Counted from the stretch's first letter, positions 24,716-39,200 are shown. The stretch: 64,000 nt of DNA from Amoebophrya sp. A120 (GCA_905178155.1 CAJINV010000002.1:4955709-5019708), one strand, 5' to 3'. A program made the numbers and translations. Notes: generated from the sequence alone by a model not told the origin.

Positions 24716-26524
24716 TCACTCCATCAATTTCCCATTCACGATGCCTATCTTCTCCAAAAACGCACTATCCTGTGCCTGCAGCAATTTTTCTGCTTGTTCG
24801 GCGTTCCCTAAGATCGCTTTGATCGCTGCGTCGGCCCGGATGAACTCAAAATGCTGCTTCTTTTCCAGGTCCATCCGCAAATTCTTATTCCGCTGACACA
24901 GCCTTCGACTGTCTATTCCTCTTTGCCGGAGCTGCTCCGCGCGGTCCCGCTGGATCCGCTTCAGGAGGGCATTCAACGCCTTGTTCTGCTGGGCCCGGAG
25001 GCGCTGCTCTAGCCTCTGCACCTGGTCTACGGATTGCGAGGCGTACCTGTTGGTTTTTTTTATCATGGTGGTATACTTAAAGAACGGCGCGCCGCGCACC
25101 AAAAAAAGCTGCTCGCCACCAGCGTCTCCAAGAATGAACCTCAGGACGACGAGCTTCATCAACGTACAAAAATACGAAAAATCACAGTGTCAATCAAAAA
25201 CTGATACTTCGCTATCTCCCATTTCTCCAGTCTATCGGCCTGGTCCTTAACTTTCGCGGCCTCTTCGTACTGCCCTTGCTTTCCCAGCGCCTTCTGTCTC
25301 CTCCGCAGTTCCAGTAAATCCGGCGAAAACTTGCACACGCGCGGCTGGGTCTCCATGTTTTCTGTCAACTGCCCAAACTGCTGGGCATGCTGCTCCTTCA
25401 GCTTTTCCAGTGACATGTAAGCGGTGGATTCGTAGTCGGCCATGTACCTGAGCACAAGGTTGGTGATCGAGGTAGGATGACAGTGACAGCACATGCAGGA
25501 AGCAAATTTCTAGTACTTACTTTCGTCTATATTTTTCGCGTCCCCCGGACAAAAACTACATATTTTTCTTGCGATAGGAGTAGTATTCCAAAGTCTCAAA
25601 GGACCACGAGAACCTGAAATATTAAGAAAGTACCTATCCCATGCCGCTGAGAACTCCATTAGCTGCTGTTTCTGTGCCGCCTCTACCTCACTCATTTCGT
25701 GGACCTGGGCCTGCTCGATCAACCGCCGCTGCCGCACCGTTTCCTTAAACCTGAGAAATAATGTCGATGAACGTCCATGTTGTAAAAATGCTGCGCAGTA
25801 CAATAATACAAATTCAAGAGAAGAAAATGTCATTCTTTGGATAGTGACAAAAATCCCCGACTGCACACTGCCCACTCGTCACACAGCACTGCAAAAAGTA
25901 GTACCTTAATTCGTCGTATTTTGTTCTCGCTTTTCTTGCTTCCCCATAATCCCCCTTCAGTTCGCACTGTTTCCGGTACTGCTCTAACCTCCGCATCAAT
26001 GCCAGCGGCGTGGTGATTTTCTCGAATCCGCCTTTTTGCTCCACGTTTTTTAAAGCCGCGATCACATCCTCAAACCCGGCTTTGGTGCCGGCAAGAGTTT
26101 CGTTCTCCGTGTGTCTAACTGGTGAGGTACTGGAGGACGACTTTGTATTGGGGGAGATCATGCTGGACGCCGGATAGGGGTTACAACTACTTGCATTTCC
26201 TATTGTCGCGCTGCTCACAGGACCTCCTCCCTGCACTTCCTTCAGATATTTCACCACCTCGTGCGCTTTCGTCACATCCCGGCCTAAATCCACGAGCAGA
26301 TTCGGTATTTCGTCGAGCAGAACAGTGCCGTCGTTCGCCTTGTCATATTTCGCAAACACCGACTGCAAGTCGTCGGCTGTGGAGGCAGGTGCGTGTTGGT
26401 AGGAAGCAGGAGATACTGCAGTCGACGACGTCCCAAGTGTTTTACTGTTCATGCCTCCAGGCCGTGGCGTGGTCGAGGACGACGCTGAGGCGGCCTGGAT
26501 TGGCCCGCGGGCGGACTGACTCAT
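24716..26524 (-). CDS. Coiled-coil protein with N-terminal EF-hand-like motif; canonical introns only
   Basis: Exons 26524-25905, 25750-25634, 25447-25208 and 25046-24716 join in frame with GT-AG introns; FAKYDKANDGTV motif; helical Q/E/K/R-rich body. Confidence 0.75.
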
Positions 26525-28115
26525 AGTGTCCTGGTGGTGCGCCCGGGTTGCGATATTAACACAGAAAGTAGTACTTAAGTAGCTAGTAGGGTATACTTTG
26601 AAGATAGAAGTCCCTTGCAAGGTGCACCAGAAGGTGGAAGATACTAGCAGGGGTACGTCAATTTACGGGGGTCGTGAAATGAAGGTAGTACATTCCAGTG
26701 CAAAAAAAAACGCTTTAGCCCGAATCGAACCTATACCTAAAAATCAGATGAAGTGCGGCAATAAATAATGGCTCTTGATGAAAAGGTATGCTCTAGTTCA
26801 TAACATCCCCTGTAGTGTGATCATGACATCATGATAGGAACCACAAAAAAAAACGGCCAAAAACATCCGAACAATCACAATCTGCCACAACGAAACGAAA
26901 AAAAGACAAACTCCCCCAAGAAAAAACGCCAAGACGACAAGGACGAAAACGACTCCAGCATCCATCGTGACCGATTTTGCCGAATAGCGAATGCGAATGG
27001 CGCTGATCCAATAGCAAAAAAAAGATGAGAACGACCGTGACGAACGATAAGCCAACGGAAAAGAACTCATTCCACTTTGTGAACCGATGCACGACGAATC
27101 CATTGCCCGAGTGAGAGTAAAGGTTAATTGCCTGCACAAACGATATGCGCGCTGCCAATAGCCCCGCACCGAGTGGTGCGCAACCCCTTTTCACGCGAGA
27201 CAAAAAACAAACGACGAAAGACGACAAACCACAGCAAATACCATTAGAAACTACACCGCAACGAAAAACTAAAACTGCACAAAGCCAAAGAAACAAAAAG
27301 AAGAAACAACCAAAACGCGAAACGAGACAACGCGAACGACAAGAACCGCGAAACGGGCACCACGACAACGGAAGAAGAAGCCGACGACGAGGAGACAAAA
27401 ACCACGACAGTCAGTACATAAACGCAAAAATCACAGAACGAAAACAGCACGAAACGGAGACAAGAGGTCCGACGTGAGTAGTGAAATTTCACAGAGAAAC
27501 CAAAACGCAAGCATACCGACGAAGACGGGGACTGTACGTGAAAGTATTGATCTGGACTGCGCGCACCTGCCTCTTCAGTATGCGGCTCCTGTCCTCTCGA
27601 CCGACAGACATATAATACCCTCACCAAAACTAGCCGCTCACTCCACGAGGATCTTCGGAGCCACAAAGCCACGCTCGCGAGGCCGCTCACGCTCATCACT
27701 GCACCGGTCCCATAATTTTCTTGTCTGGGCAGACAGCTCTAGCTATTTTTCTAGGATACTACTAATATTTGCGCTACTAGGATAGTGTACTGTCAAAGAT
27801 AATTTTGGTTTCTACTAGCGATAAGCCTCTTACTCCAAAATGAAATTGCGCTGAATTTCCATGCATGTGTTACAAGGGCGTGTTTACGGTATAGAGTTTA
27901 TCACAATCAAAATTTCCTAACCTCGGAAAGGGGTGCGAATACTGCTCGGCTGTCGAACTAGAAAATGAACTAGAGTCAACAACTTAGACTTAAGCATATA
28001 AACCAAGCATGTACATAGTATGATCGTTCCAAGAAGTAAATCCTACCCTGTGGAAGAAGTTAATCTTTTCGACCTGGTTCTTCATCGCTACTAGCAAGAC
28101 GCTTCTCGTCCCTCC

Positions 28116-31100
28116 CTACTCCTCCCCTCGGGGCGCTAGAAACTGCAACTTGTCCGATTTCTCCTCCGGTAGATTGAACAAACGGCTCCAAAAACTTCTC
28201 TTTTTTGTTCCCCCGGTCGAGGCTCCCGTAGAAGTACCCGATGCGGAAGAACCCACTACAGTGTCCTCCCCAAGGACCTCCTCCCGGGCTGCCGCCGCTG
28301 TTGCCGCGTGGTTCGCCATTTCCGCGACTGCGGCCAAAATCTCTGTGGTCGTGGAGGTCACAGTCGACAGCAAATCCGTCCCGCCCAAAACCGCCCCCAC
28401 GCCCGCCGCCACCTGTTGCACAAACGAGGAGTCCGGCACCTCCACCGCGTCGGCCCCCGGCTCGCCGCAGCAGCCCGGCTGCACGGAGGCCGTCGTGTAT
28501 CCTGAGGAAAAACGTCCCCACCCCATAGTCAAGTTCTTGTGAACTCTGCAACACAAATCTAGGAGTTTTGGAAGCCATGCATGACAAGTTCGTCTTTGTA
28601 GTGTAGTGCAGGTTAGGAAGGACTCATCTCCTCATCCTGTTTACAGGATTACAATTGCCAAAACACGATTGGAAATGCCTCTGATGTAGATGCGCATTAC
28701 AAACGTTCCTGTCATTGCAAATCTGCATGACAACTCTGGGGTGGGGACGTTTTTACACAGGATATCGTGCCGTCCGCGTTCAGGTTGGGCGCCGTGCGAA
28801 ACAGTACGAAGTAGTCGCGCACCGACCACCGGTCGTTGTAGACATAGCGCAGATTTTGGTCCCGGCAATAGTCCCGCAGCCCGAAGATAAACTCCCGGTG
28901 CCAACTCGCGTTTCGGTATCCGTCCACAGGCGCGGAATCCGCCAACAGATTGGGCAGCATGACCGCGACCACCGAGAAGGATAAAACCGCCGTGATCACC
29001 GTGAACATCATCTCGGCAGAAAACTTCACGTACCCGAGTTCCGCATCCCGGGCCCGCTTGTTGAAGTATAGCCGACACATCTCCACCTCGGTCCGCTGGT
29101 CGCGCGTGATGCAGGTCACGTAAATGAAGTTGTCAAACTGGGCCAAAATCACGAAAAACGCCGCGTTGAACAAAACATCAGCGTGTGTGGTGCCGATGTA
29201 GTACTGCAAGCCGACGAACACCGTGAAGAGCGCGATGAAAAAGGAGGGCAGAATGATCGGGATATCAAATGTAAAAATGTCTGGGTCTGGAAGATTAGAA
29301 CTTGTCATGCAAAATCTGAATGATGCAAAAATCTGTGTTGCGTGAGTGCCAAAAGCTGTCCGCTTCTGAACAAGTTGAGAGGGAGTCTCTTATGCAGGAA
29401 AGGCATGATAGAGACCTCAAAGAATCTGTGATGCTGGGCCTCGCATTCCAGACCTCATGGGTCATGGAAAACCTGCATCACAAGTCTTGCATTCTTCCAG
29501 ACCCAGACATTTTTACAATCCATACGGGAGCGCGTAGAACAATTTGGCCCACAACGGCGCGCCAATGATCACCAGCTCCGGCTCGATCTCGAAAAAATCG
29601 TCCAGCATGTGGTCGAATCAAATGCAAAAATGTCTGGGTCTGGAAGAATGCAAGTTTGTCATGCTTGTCTGGCATGGCTAGAGAATCTGTGTTGCATAGG
29701 CACGAAAAGGCCCTCTTACCTGTCATGCAAAAACGCAGTTTGCCATGCGGAATACGTACGACATGACAGCCAAAAACTTTGTCATGCATAGCTGCGTATT
29801 ACAGTGCGTCTATCATTCACTTTTAGCATTACAAGTTTCCAGACCCAGACACATTTGCAATGCATAGGTCTCGCACTTCCGGCGCGTCCGCGGAATTCGA
29901 CAGCCGTCCGTCGGTCCGGATGGATTCGAGCTGCAAGGCGTTGAAGTGCGCTAATTCCTTCTTCACCACCACCCCCACCGCCTCCTTGCAGTCCGGCGTG
30001 GCCGGCGCGACAAACAGCAGCCAGTAGAGCAACCGCAACCGGTCCGCCAGCTCGCGCGAGACCGCAATGAGGTGCAAAAAGATCAGCGACGCGAGCATGA
30101 TATCAAATGCAAATATGTCTGGGTCTGGAAACTTGTAATGCTGCGTTGGGAATAGTGAATGCTCTGTAATGCCCAGCCAAGCATGAGAAATATTTGCGCT
30201 TCGTTGTGTTGCGTTTTTCGCATGACAACCTGCGTTTTTGCATGACAGACAAAAGGGTCTCTTCTTGGACACGCATCACAAACTTTTTGGTCATCCCAGA
30301 CAAGCATGACAATTCTCGCAATCTTCCACACCCAGACATTTTTGCATTTGATACATGAAGGGCGAACTGATACTCCAGTCGCAAATCTTGTCCGCGTCCT
30401 CCTTCTCCAGAACCTTCAGGTAGGTCGTGATCTCCTCGGTGCGCACCTTCGCGTCATTATGCAGATCCGCCCCGCCCGGGAGCTGTGCGAAATTCGTCCC
30501 GGCCTTGTCATCCAAGGCCGCCCCGAGTTGCATGGAGACGAGCTTGTGGTAGCCGTCCTGCCACTTCCGCACCGCGGGGCCGGACAAGTCGTACTGAATG
30601 TACTCGATCACCACGAACTGCACCAAATACCCCAGAGCCATCACGAAGAAAGACCACCCGGGCTTCATGTACAGCAACGTTTTGTAGCCCGAGGTGCACT
30701 CCACGTTCGCGAACGCGTACAAGGTTTCAATGAACGCCGCGGACTGGATATCAGAATGAAAAATCCCCCCTCCCCATATCGAAAAGGTATGCTTCCGAAA
30801 ATTTGCGTTGCTGATTTGAGGTCGCAAATCACATTTGTATTGCAAGAAGACAAGGGCAGAAGCTTCTGCCCCACTATGGAAGCGATTTGTCATGCTGTTG
30901 GCCCTAAATGTGACCTGTTTGCCATGCTGAGCAACTAGACCCATACGCCCCTCTACCTAGCCTGGGGATCTGGCTGCGGTGCCTTTCTGCAATACAGAGC
31001 TGATTTGTTTGCCCAAATTCAGCATCAGAAATTTCGTTTTGATATGGGGAGGGGGGATTTTTCCTTGCAATACTGGATCCCCTCGTAGATCGGTTCGTAC

Positions 31101-31786
31101 TTCGGCATCCGTTTTTCGGCGTTCTCGGTCCCAATGTACGCCTGCAAGGCCCGGGCGCGGTCCTGGTCCAGCAGTGTGTCCTGCTCTTTCTCGAGTGCCG
31201 CGATGGGGAGCAGATCCTCGTCGTCCGACACGTAATCCGACTTCATGATCTTGGTGGTGTTTTGCGCCTCCTTCTGCATCCGGTTGCCGCTGGCGCTCGC
31301 CTTCAGATTCGAGGAATTCTGCCGCACACCCTGATGCTTGTACTCCTGCGCCGCCGCTTGCAGCAGGGCCACGCCGCGCATCCGGGCGGCGTTCTGGTTC
31401 GTGTCGCCCGGCTTCTTGTTGGGCCTTTTCCCCGCCCCGATCCTCACATTACTGGCTGGTGTCATTCGCTGCTGCAGCGACGTCGAATCACGCTGCTGTT
31501 CGCGAGTCAACAACGTATTGGAGGCACTGCTGGAGGCGGGAGCGATTGTCGTACCGGAAACCAAGTCTCCCCCACCTGCCGTACTCTCTAACGCGTCGCC
31601 CTCTGGGACTCTTCTGCCGGAGAGGAGGAGCAGACCTTTGTTCTGGCTCCGATAATTGTTCTGTGGAGTTGTATTAGATGACCTGGCGGTGAAAACTGCA
31701 GCGCCGAGGTTGTTTTCCATCACCTCGCTCGACTCCTCGGAGGTCTCATTTGCAATTTCCGCCGCCTTGCGCATTCTCTCAAACAT
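28116..31786 (-). CDS. Hypothetical multipass membrane protein interrupted by 5 introners
   Basis: Six segments join in frame (EGIQ-SAAF, SPFM-LASL, VRD-HML, YAL-PII, DGT-TAS); several hydrophobic helices. Confidence 0.75.
28498..28764. mobile_element. TIR introner, family B
   Basis: TATCCTGAGGAAAAACGTCCCCACCCC...GGGGTGGGGACGTTTTTACACAGGATA; TSD tcgtg/tcgtg. Confidence 0.92.
29263..29524. mobile_element. TIR introner, family A (262 bp; inverted relative to 48305-48566)
   Basis: Family A TIRs; TSD cggga/cggga. Confidence 0.92.
29616..29866. mobile_element. TIR introner, family A
   Basis: Family A TIRs (left end is AAT rather than TAT); TSD ggtcg/ggtct. Confidence 0.88.
30101..30353. mobile_element. 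TIR introner, family A
   Basis: Family A TIRs; TSD catga/catga. Confidence 0.92.
30749..31072. mobile_element. TIR introner, family C
   Basis: TATCAGAATGAAAAATCCCCCCTCCCCATATC...GATATGGGGAGGGGGGATTTTTCCTTGCAATA; TSD ctgga/ctgga. Confidence 0.9.
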
Positions 31787-32764
31787 TTACTCTAACAATA
31801 ACCTGCATTCATCTTCGCCTTCTTGTGGATGTGGGTCTGTTTCTGTTACAACGAAAATGAACTAAGTAATTTTTTCCGGGTGGGTAGTTCTTGTACTATA
31901 TGGTTCTAGATCAAAAAGGAGCTCGGAAAAAGTGCTACAGCAGAAACTAGTGAGTCAACGTAGAAGTTGTGGACCACCTTGGAAGTAGGGTGCTAGCCTC
32001 GTCAAAAGACCTGCTTGCTTGATTTTCAGTGTTCTGCTCGCATTCTTTCTAAGTTGCAGGTTCACGAAATAACAAAACACGACTTTAGATGAACCAGAAG
32101 TAGCTGAAGACGCAACCAAGAACGCTTGTGATCATAGATCGTACTGGACGAAGCAACAAGCGAAGTTGAACGACAAGTTTCAGCGATTCTTGCGACCAAG
32201 CGCCTGGAGCTTTTTGCACGATGAAAAGTTTGAACGACTTCGTTGATCACGAGTTTTGAACGGTGTCAGTACGAGGCACTGCAAATTATCGGCAGTAAGG
32301 AAGAGCCGGTGAACGAACCGAATCGTAGCTTTTTCTGTTTCAAGAACGGCAGTGTCTAGCAGTTCAGCGCTTTTAACTTTTTTTGGTGAACGAAAATGCG
32401 CGAGCAATAAATTCCATATCCAGGTGGACGAAAACGCAATTCTTCATAGGTAATTCTGCACATCGAGCATCATCGATTCCAAACGAACGAACAGCTTTCT
32501 TCCGAGCTTTGACAGGACAGAAAAACGTAAAAAAACGAGGCGCATGCGCTAGCTCGCAACTTGTAATATTTTTCATGGTCTCACCCCGAGTGGTCTGTCA
32601 GGAGCAGCTTTCCTGTGCATCGGTGCAGCACAACCACCATCGTGCTTGTTTTTCTAGTTTCCACATTCATCATCCAAAACAGTAGTGTACAAGCATAATT
32701 CATCTCCCTGTCATCAGAGTACATGCCTCAACATTCCAAACCTGGTACATATGAAACGAAATTT

Positions 32765-34657
32765 TCACTTCAGCAGCGCCAATTTCCAGTCCGTGGGCCT
32801 TTTTTCGCACGTCTGCCCGTTGTGTAATTTCACCCTGACGGTCTTCCCTTTTTTGTTGTCATGCTTTTCCACGAGAGGCTGCCACACCCCGTAGCCCGGG
32901 CGAGACTTTATCACAGAGTCCTCCTGCTGAAGGAGATCTTCGTTCCTCAGAGCAGCTGGTCTATTTTCTACTCGCTGTCGCTCTGCACTAGGAAGAGATC
33001 CATGAAGGAGCCTCGAAGAAGAAGGTGCAGCTGCGGGGGTCCTCTTCGGTAGGATCCAATGCGCCCCGCAACCAATCGGCGTGCGCAGACCGCGGAACCC
33101 CGCTTCCCATTCTGGAACGGTACGCCGACAGGGCTGGCAATTGTGACCGGAAAAAAGCATGACTTTTTTTATTTAAAGACTCTTAGTTCTTATTTACATG
33201 GAAAAGATGTCTGTGAAATTCAACTCCTACTTGTTTTGTAGCCCCACATTTCAAAAAAAAAAAAGACGCGACGACTTCTACGAAGCAAGCACATACTTCG
33301 TAAAAAGAAAGAAGTACTTAGGCTTACGATGCGGACACCAACGATTTATCGAGAGCCGCCTTCCTTTCCCCCCCCCACTCCCACGAGTTTGATAGATGTT
33401 CCCTGTGGACGACGACCAACTTGTTCAGCGGCACGGATATTGGTACACCACAAAAGACAAAAACCATGGCTCCACGAAAGCGCTAGCAATGCGAACAACG
33501 TTGAGCCCCTTTGATGGGTGCTAACCAATCGGCAGAGCGGGATCACTATTGCAGCGAAAGTCCAGGCCGGCTCAACACGGACGTTCTACTTATCATCTCT
33601 ACTCCGAGTCCTCCTTGTCTGAAGATGCTGCTGCTGTGCTGTGTGTGTGTGTGTGTGTCGAACTAAAATTACTAATTGTTTATGTAAAATTGGTGCATTC
33701 AGAGTACTGTGCCCAACTTCAACATTTTCAGCTACTTACTCTCAGGAAGATGAATTTCTTTAGACGGTATACAACTCGCTCGGACCTGCATGATCAAAAG
33801 CAGAGAGAGCGAGAGACACTGCAAAGAAAAAAAAGCAGACTGCAGAGGTACCAAAGTAAGAGACTGCAAAAAAAAAGGCCCTACGTTTCCGTTTGGTCTG
33901 CACCGCATTGAATGCGGAGAAGTGGGAGCGCGCTTACTTAGAAGTATCCCGCAAGCGCAAGGTCACCATGAATAAGTATAGGATACGCATGTGCATCCTA
34001 GTAGAAGTACAGAGGAGTCGAGATAAGAACAAAGAAGGAAGCGAATACTTTGAACGAACAAAAAGCGAAAAAATCATGCGCCAAACGAAAAGTCAAAGAC
34101 AAAGTGCGAACCACTTGTGAGCGAGTCGGAAGTTGCAGCTGTGTTACTGCAGTCCACAGATGCAGCTTCACTCACCCCCGGAAACTCTCCTCGTGTTAGC
34201 GCAATCACAAATTGTAGCTTTGTGGTACGGAAAGAGGCGTACTCAAGTATCCAGTTCATCTTCAAAAAGAAAGCGAAAAAAGAAACTTCTTTTTCACGTA
34301 AAATTGTTTGTTTGAGCTTGGACAAGAAGGGTGAAATATTTAGTGTTTCCCTAAAGCATATAAACGAATTATAGTAATCGTGCGCGATTCTGATCTGGAC
34401 GTAGGTATGGCCAAGTATGCTGCAACAATGTCGCGTAGCAACAAACTCCTTCGACTAGATCCTCCCTGCAAGAGAAACGCCAGACCTCCGCTTTGTTGTA
34501 GTCCCCGAAGGAGCTGCTGCGACGCTGTTAACAGGAAGCAAAGTGGTATCCGCGCCAGAACAGGGCAGCCCGGACCCATGACTTTTACTGGTTTATTTCC
34601 GGCGCCAGCGCGGAGAGGTCGCCGAATGCGTGAGGAAACAAGAGGACCCGTCCACAT
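32765..34657 (-). CDS. Possible small spliced hypothetical gene; exon structure unresolved
   Basis: GC-richer patches with ORFs 34340-34657 and 32765-33160, downstream of the SL relic at 34769-34790. Confidence 0.25.
33640..33658. repeat. (GT)n microsatellite
   Basis: tgtgtgtgtgtgtgtgtgt. Confidence 0.85.
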
Positions 34658-34768
34658 CTACGGTGGAGCTGCAGAACGCATTGATTTCGGCGCAAGGAGC
34701 TCAATGGTGTCTATAATTCGTTGAAATTGCTGTGGCTCTAATTTTTTTTCGAAGAAGAAGTTTCGAAT

Positions 34769-34790
34769 CTTGAACTAAAATGGCTACAGG
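34769..34790 (-). other. Degenerate DinoSL relic
   Basis: Minus strand CCTGTAGCCATTTTAGTTCAAG versus DCCGTAGCCATTTTGGCTCAAG. Confidence 0.65.
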
Positions 34791-36216
34791 GCACCAAAAA
34801 ACGCAGGGAAGACACCAAAAAACCGAAGGTCGTACTAAAAAAACACTCACGACCAGTACAAAAACACTCATGGCATGACGTCCTTCACAACATCAATTTG
34901 TTGTTTGAAGAAAAACTACTGCTGCAAGCATAAATTGCCACCGAGACATGGACCCACAAAATCTGAACAAAATGCTGAACAATCTGAAATGCCGTAAAGT
35001 TACTTAGTACTTCAGCGACACAGGATAAAATGGCGCGCCACTTTACAAATTGGTTCTTTTTTGGGTTGTTTACGTGTGGGTGTGCAGGCATGGGTAGTGC
35101 AAATCCGACAGGTCATCGAAATCTATCACTTTGACTTTGTATGGAAAGACCTACTTCGTTTCATTCCTGTCTTTGTGTCTTTCTAAAAAATGTGGATAGT
35201 GTCATCCCATTTTATTGTTTCTCCCCTGAAGTTCGTGCAAGCCATCCTACAGTGTATGGGTAGCGCCATCTTTTCTACCAACATCAAACCTTGATAATTT
35301 CTCCTACCTGCTCCGAATAGAAATCTGCTGAGAAGCTCGATCTATGTATTGCAATATCGCTAAAGGCTTTGGTACGGAAATACACCGTTTCACGACAAAG
35401 AAAGAGCGCTGCTCGCAGCTCAAACTGAGAGGGTGCCGCCGTGGTCTCTTGCGTTTCCGCGTGAAGAGCTGAGGGCTACGATAGCGCGAGCAAAACATCC
35501 TTACTCTTGCTTTCTTTTCCTTCAAAACCATCACTGCCTTTTCTTTATCTTTAAAACTAAAAGATCTTCTATGTTACTTTCTACCTTAAGCGCCGGCGGA
35601 AGAAAGCTAGTACTTCTATGTTGATCCATCCCTGGACTAGATACACTTAGCCTCATACTTTCCTTCCCAGCAATGCCCCCTATCTGCCCTAGCCTTGGCT
35701 TTGTTCTTCACACTGATATAGGAGCGGGTCGCTATTATTTACGCATAGCATTATACATGTGACGGGTACACCCGTGTACCTATATGGTTTTCAACTCAAA
35801 ATGCTTTTGGTTTTGAAAAGCACGTCCGCTTGTAATAAAGAAAAAAAGCTCCCAAGAATATTACGCCACCTCCAACTAATACTTATGTGAAATAAGACAA
35901 GGATCTCCAAGTGTTGCTATGGTACCGTAGCCGAGTGCTTGATAGGTGATTGAAGTTTTTTCTTTATGATGTATGATGGCAAGTTCCCCCGAAATAGTTT
36001 GAAAAACCCAGTATCGTCGCAAACAGGTAAAAAAATGTTACATGAAATTTCTGAAACGCCAACCTACTGCAGGTACAGCTTGATAAAAAAAAATCGAAAC
36101 TGTAATTATATCACCGCATATAATTCCGGCGCGCCCACGACGCTTTGCGAAAAATAAACACTTCCGGTACTACTTCTAAATACTACTCGATCTTCACATG
36201 TTCGGCGTTATCACAG

Positions 36217-39200
36217 CTACCCAAGACCCGGCGGAGCCTTGTGTGGTTTTTGCTTCTGCCCTCCCAAGAATCCTTTCCCGTTGCTCGTCCCACTCGACGT
36301 CCCGATGTGATTTTGCTGATTGCCACCTTTCGAGTGCTGGGACACATTGTTCTGCTGCACGATCGCGCTACCGCTAGCCTTCTTGCCGATCGCAATCGGC
36401 TCCACGGTGGCAGTTGATGTTCTCGAGGAGACATAATTTGTCCCTCTGATTCTCTCAGAACGAGAACTCCGAGCCGTGCTTTTTCCCCTGCGGCTGGTAC
36501 TCGCAATACTCCCTTGTCCATAAGATTCTTTCCGCCGGGATTTATTTCCTCTCGGAGCTGCCGCTATCGCGACACTGGCGTAGTTGGCCGTGCTAGTACT
36601 AGCTGTGTTTGTTGTACTATTGGTCGTACTACTAACGTTGAAAGCTGGCGCAAACATATTTTTCATAATTTCTGGTCGAAAGAATGGGCTTTTTTGTGCC
36701 GCAGCTGATCTTCCGGTCTGTTCGTGGGCGTCTTCGTCGTAATAATTCAAAACATTTCCAAACTGGTCGTACACAACATCCTCTCCATCCGCAGCATCAT
36801 GATCTAGTACTCCCGCAGGATTATCATCCACGTCCCCCGCCGCCCCGCTATTCACCGGCCCGCGGTAGGGCGTGACCTGGTTACTGCAATTGGCAACGCT
36901 GCCGGCGTAGGAACCTCCGTTGTTGTGGGCGGGTGTTGCCGCTCCACCATGTCTAACCATGTGATCGCAGTACTCTTGTGCGGCCAAGCAAATGCGAGAG
37001 GCGCTAACGGGGGCCGTGCCAGATTGTTCTTGATAAAGGCCACTTGCACTGCTGCCAGTCGCGGCGCAGTAGTTCGGCATCGAAGGTGGATGTTGCCCAT
37101 AGGGGTCCGCACCGTCGTGGCCGCTGTACAGCGCAGTATTGCACAATAAATCTTGCTCGATCATTGTCCGATCGTGCGGCTTCGCCGCTGCATAGTTTTT
37201 GTCACAATTCATCTTCGAAGATGACTTTGATTGCTTCGCCCGGGATGCAGTTGAGCAGTTGTTGCCTTTCCCCAAAAACTGATTCGCAGTGGAATCTTTC
37301 TTGCCGTGGCTGCCGCCTTTATAGCTGTGGGAAGGAACTCGTGCTCCTGCTAGAGGGAACGTCGGAGCAGTGGCGGATGATAGCACCATGGGCGACACAT
37401 CTACTCCGAGCTGAGAAGTGCTGTTGTTGTACTGCCCAAAATAGTAATCAGGGCTTATTCCACCTCCGGGACTTGTTGTAGAGCACGACTGCTGCAGGTA
37501 AAAGTTCTCGCTGCTGGCAGCAGTTAAGGGAAAATTATTGTAATAGTGCCACGACGATGGTGCGCTAGCACTGATATCGGGAGCTGCAACATGACCGTAG
37601 TGCTGGGCGGCGTAATTACTATACGGGAAGTTGTTGATGGTGTTGATGTTGTAGAAACCAGCGCTTGTTCCCGGATGATGAAACGTTTGCTGGTATAATT
37701 GTTGCGACGACACGCCTAGAAACGGTGACTGTTTTGCGCACCGGCTACTTGGGGTGCCGGTGCCCTTATAGCAGCTGCTGTTCCGAGGTGGATAATAATT
37801 CTTGCGATTGAAAACATCGTTCTTGCCGTGGTCTTTAGAGTTGTTTCCCTGCTTCATCATCTTCCCACCCGGGGTTGTCGGCGGCCCCTTTTTTCCTGAC
37901 GGATAAATTGGTAAACTCGGAGCGCCCTTCTTGCCCGTGGTTGTTCCCGGTGCTGCTGCAACACTGCCTTCTCCGCCTTTCGACGACGTGGTCCCGGAAT
38001 TTTCATTTGCATTGTGGGTCATGTGGGAACTGCCTTCTTGCTGGTGGTGCGCACCAATCATGGGTGAAATGTCCGAGGATGTTGAGAGGTTGTTGATGTT
38101 GTCCTCATGCAGCGCCGGAGAAGATTCATCCTGATTGAGTGCTGCTCCACCTCCACGACCTCCTATTGCAAGAATACTTTCAGGTCCTCCTCCTCCGTTC
38201 GTGCCGAAAGCCGCAGCAGGAGTAGCGGTGGCAGACCCGCTGCCGCCCGTTCTGGTGCTTGAGGTGGTGCCTCCTCCAGAATTATGATCGTCCGCTGCTA
38301 TTTTCAAAACGCCCTGCTCGGTAGTTGGCTTCTCAACAAAATTTGCTGATGTCGTTGCAATCTTCAGATTCAAAACCTCTTCTTTGAGTAGCTTCTCTAA
38401 TTCCGCCACTTGCTTCCGTTTCTCCTCGTCGACGACCCGATTGCAACACAGGTCGTTATTTTCGACACCAGGAACAACAGTAGTTGGCTGCCCCATCACG
38501 ACGCGGAGGTCCCCCTGTAGTGTTGTGCTAGCGGAAGTAGGAGCTTTAATATTCATACTACGTGCCAGCTGCTCCTGCTGCAGCTGCTGTTCCAGATGAG
38601 AGGAACTACTATATGAAACCGCCGCGAATCGTTCCCCACTGTCCACAGAGCCGGCCATCGGAGAGGACAGCAATGAGAGCAGGCCGGAGGTGGAGCTGCC
38701 ACATCCTTCATAGAACTGCTCCAAGTCTCGCTGTTGGTGACCACCTTGAAGCGAATCGAAAATGTTCGGGAAAATAACTGATGAATTCTTCGACAAATTC
38801 TTCTCGACAAACACTGGCTCTTCTTCACGACGACCTTGGGGCTGCTCGCCTTCTTGTTCGCGGGGGGGACCGGATCCGGATCCGGGATTTTTGCTACTTC
38901 TGGAATAAGCGGTGGACACGCTGGGAACAAAACCGCCACTCGCGCTCGAACTCCTTTCGACGTCCCGAGTGCTGGTCAAAAGTCCAGCTTGAGGCGGAGC
39001 AGCTTGGTTAATATTAAAACCTCGTGAGTCAACCTCTCCTCTTGACAACATACTAGCCGAATCAGCACCAGCCGCCCAAACCGCAGACCCTTGCCCAGCC
39101 CCGGATTGAAGCAGCTGTGAGCGAAGCTCTTCAATGGTCGAGAGAGGGGAACAACGGGGCTCCTTCTCTTGGTCGCCATTCTTCTGCTCGTCTCCTTGTT

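Noticed and set aside
26829-27398. Phe/Leu/Val-rich minus-strand ORF resembling a membrane protein
   Set aside because: Its hydrophobicity is explained by the T-rich composition of that strand.
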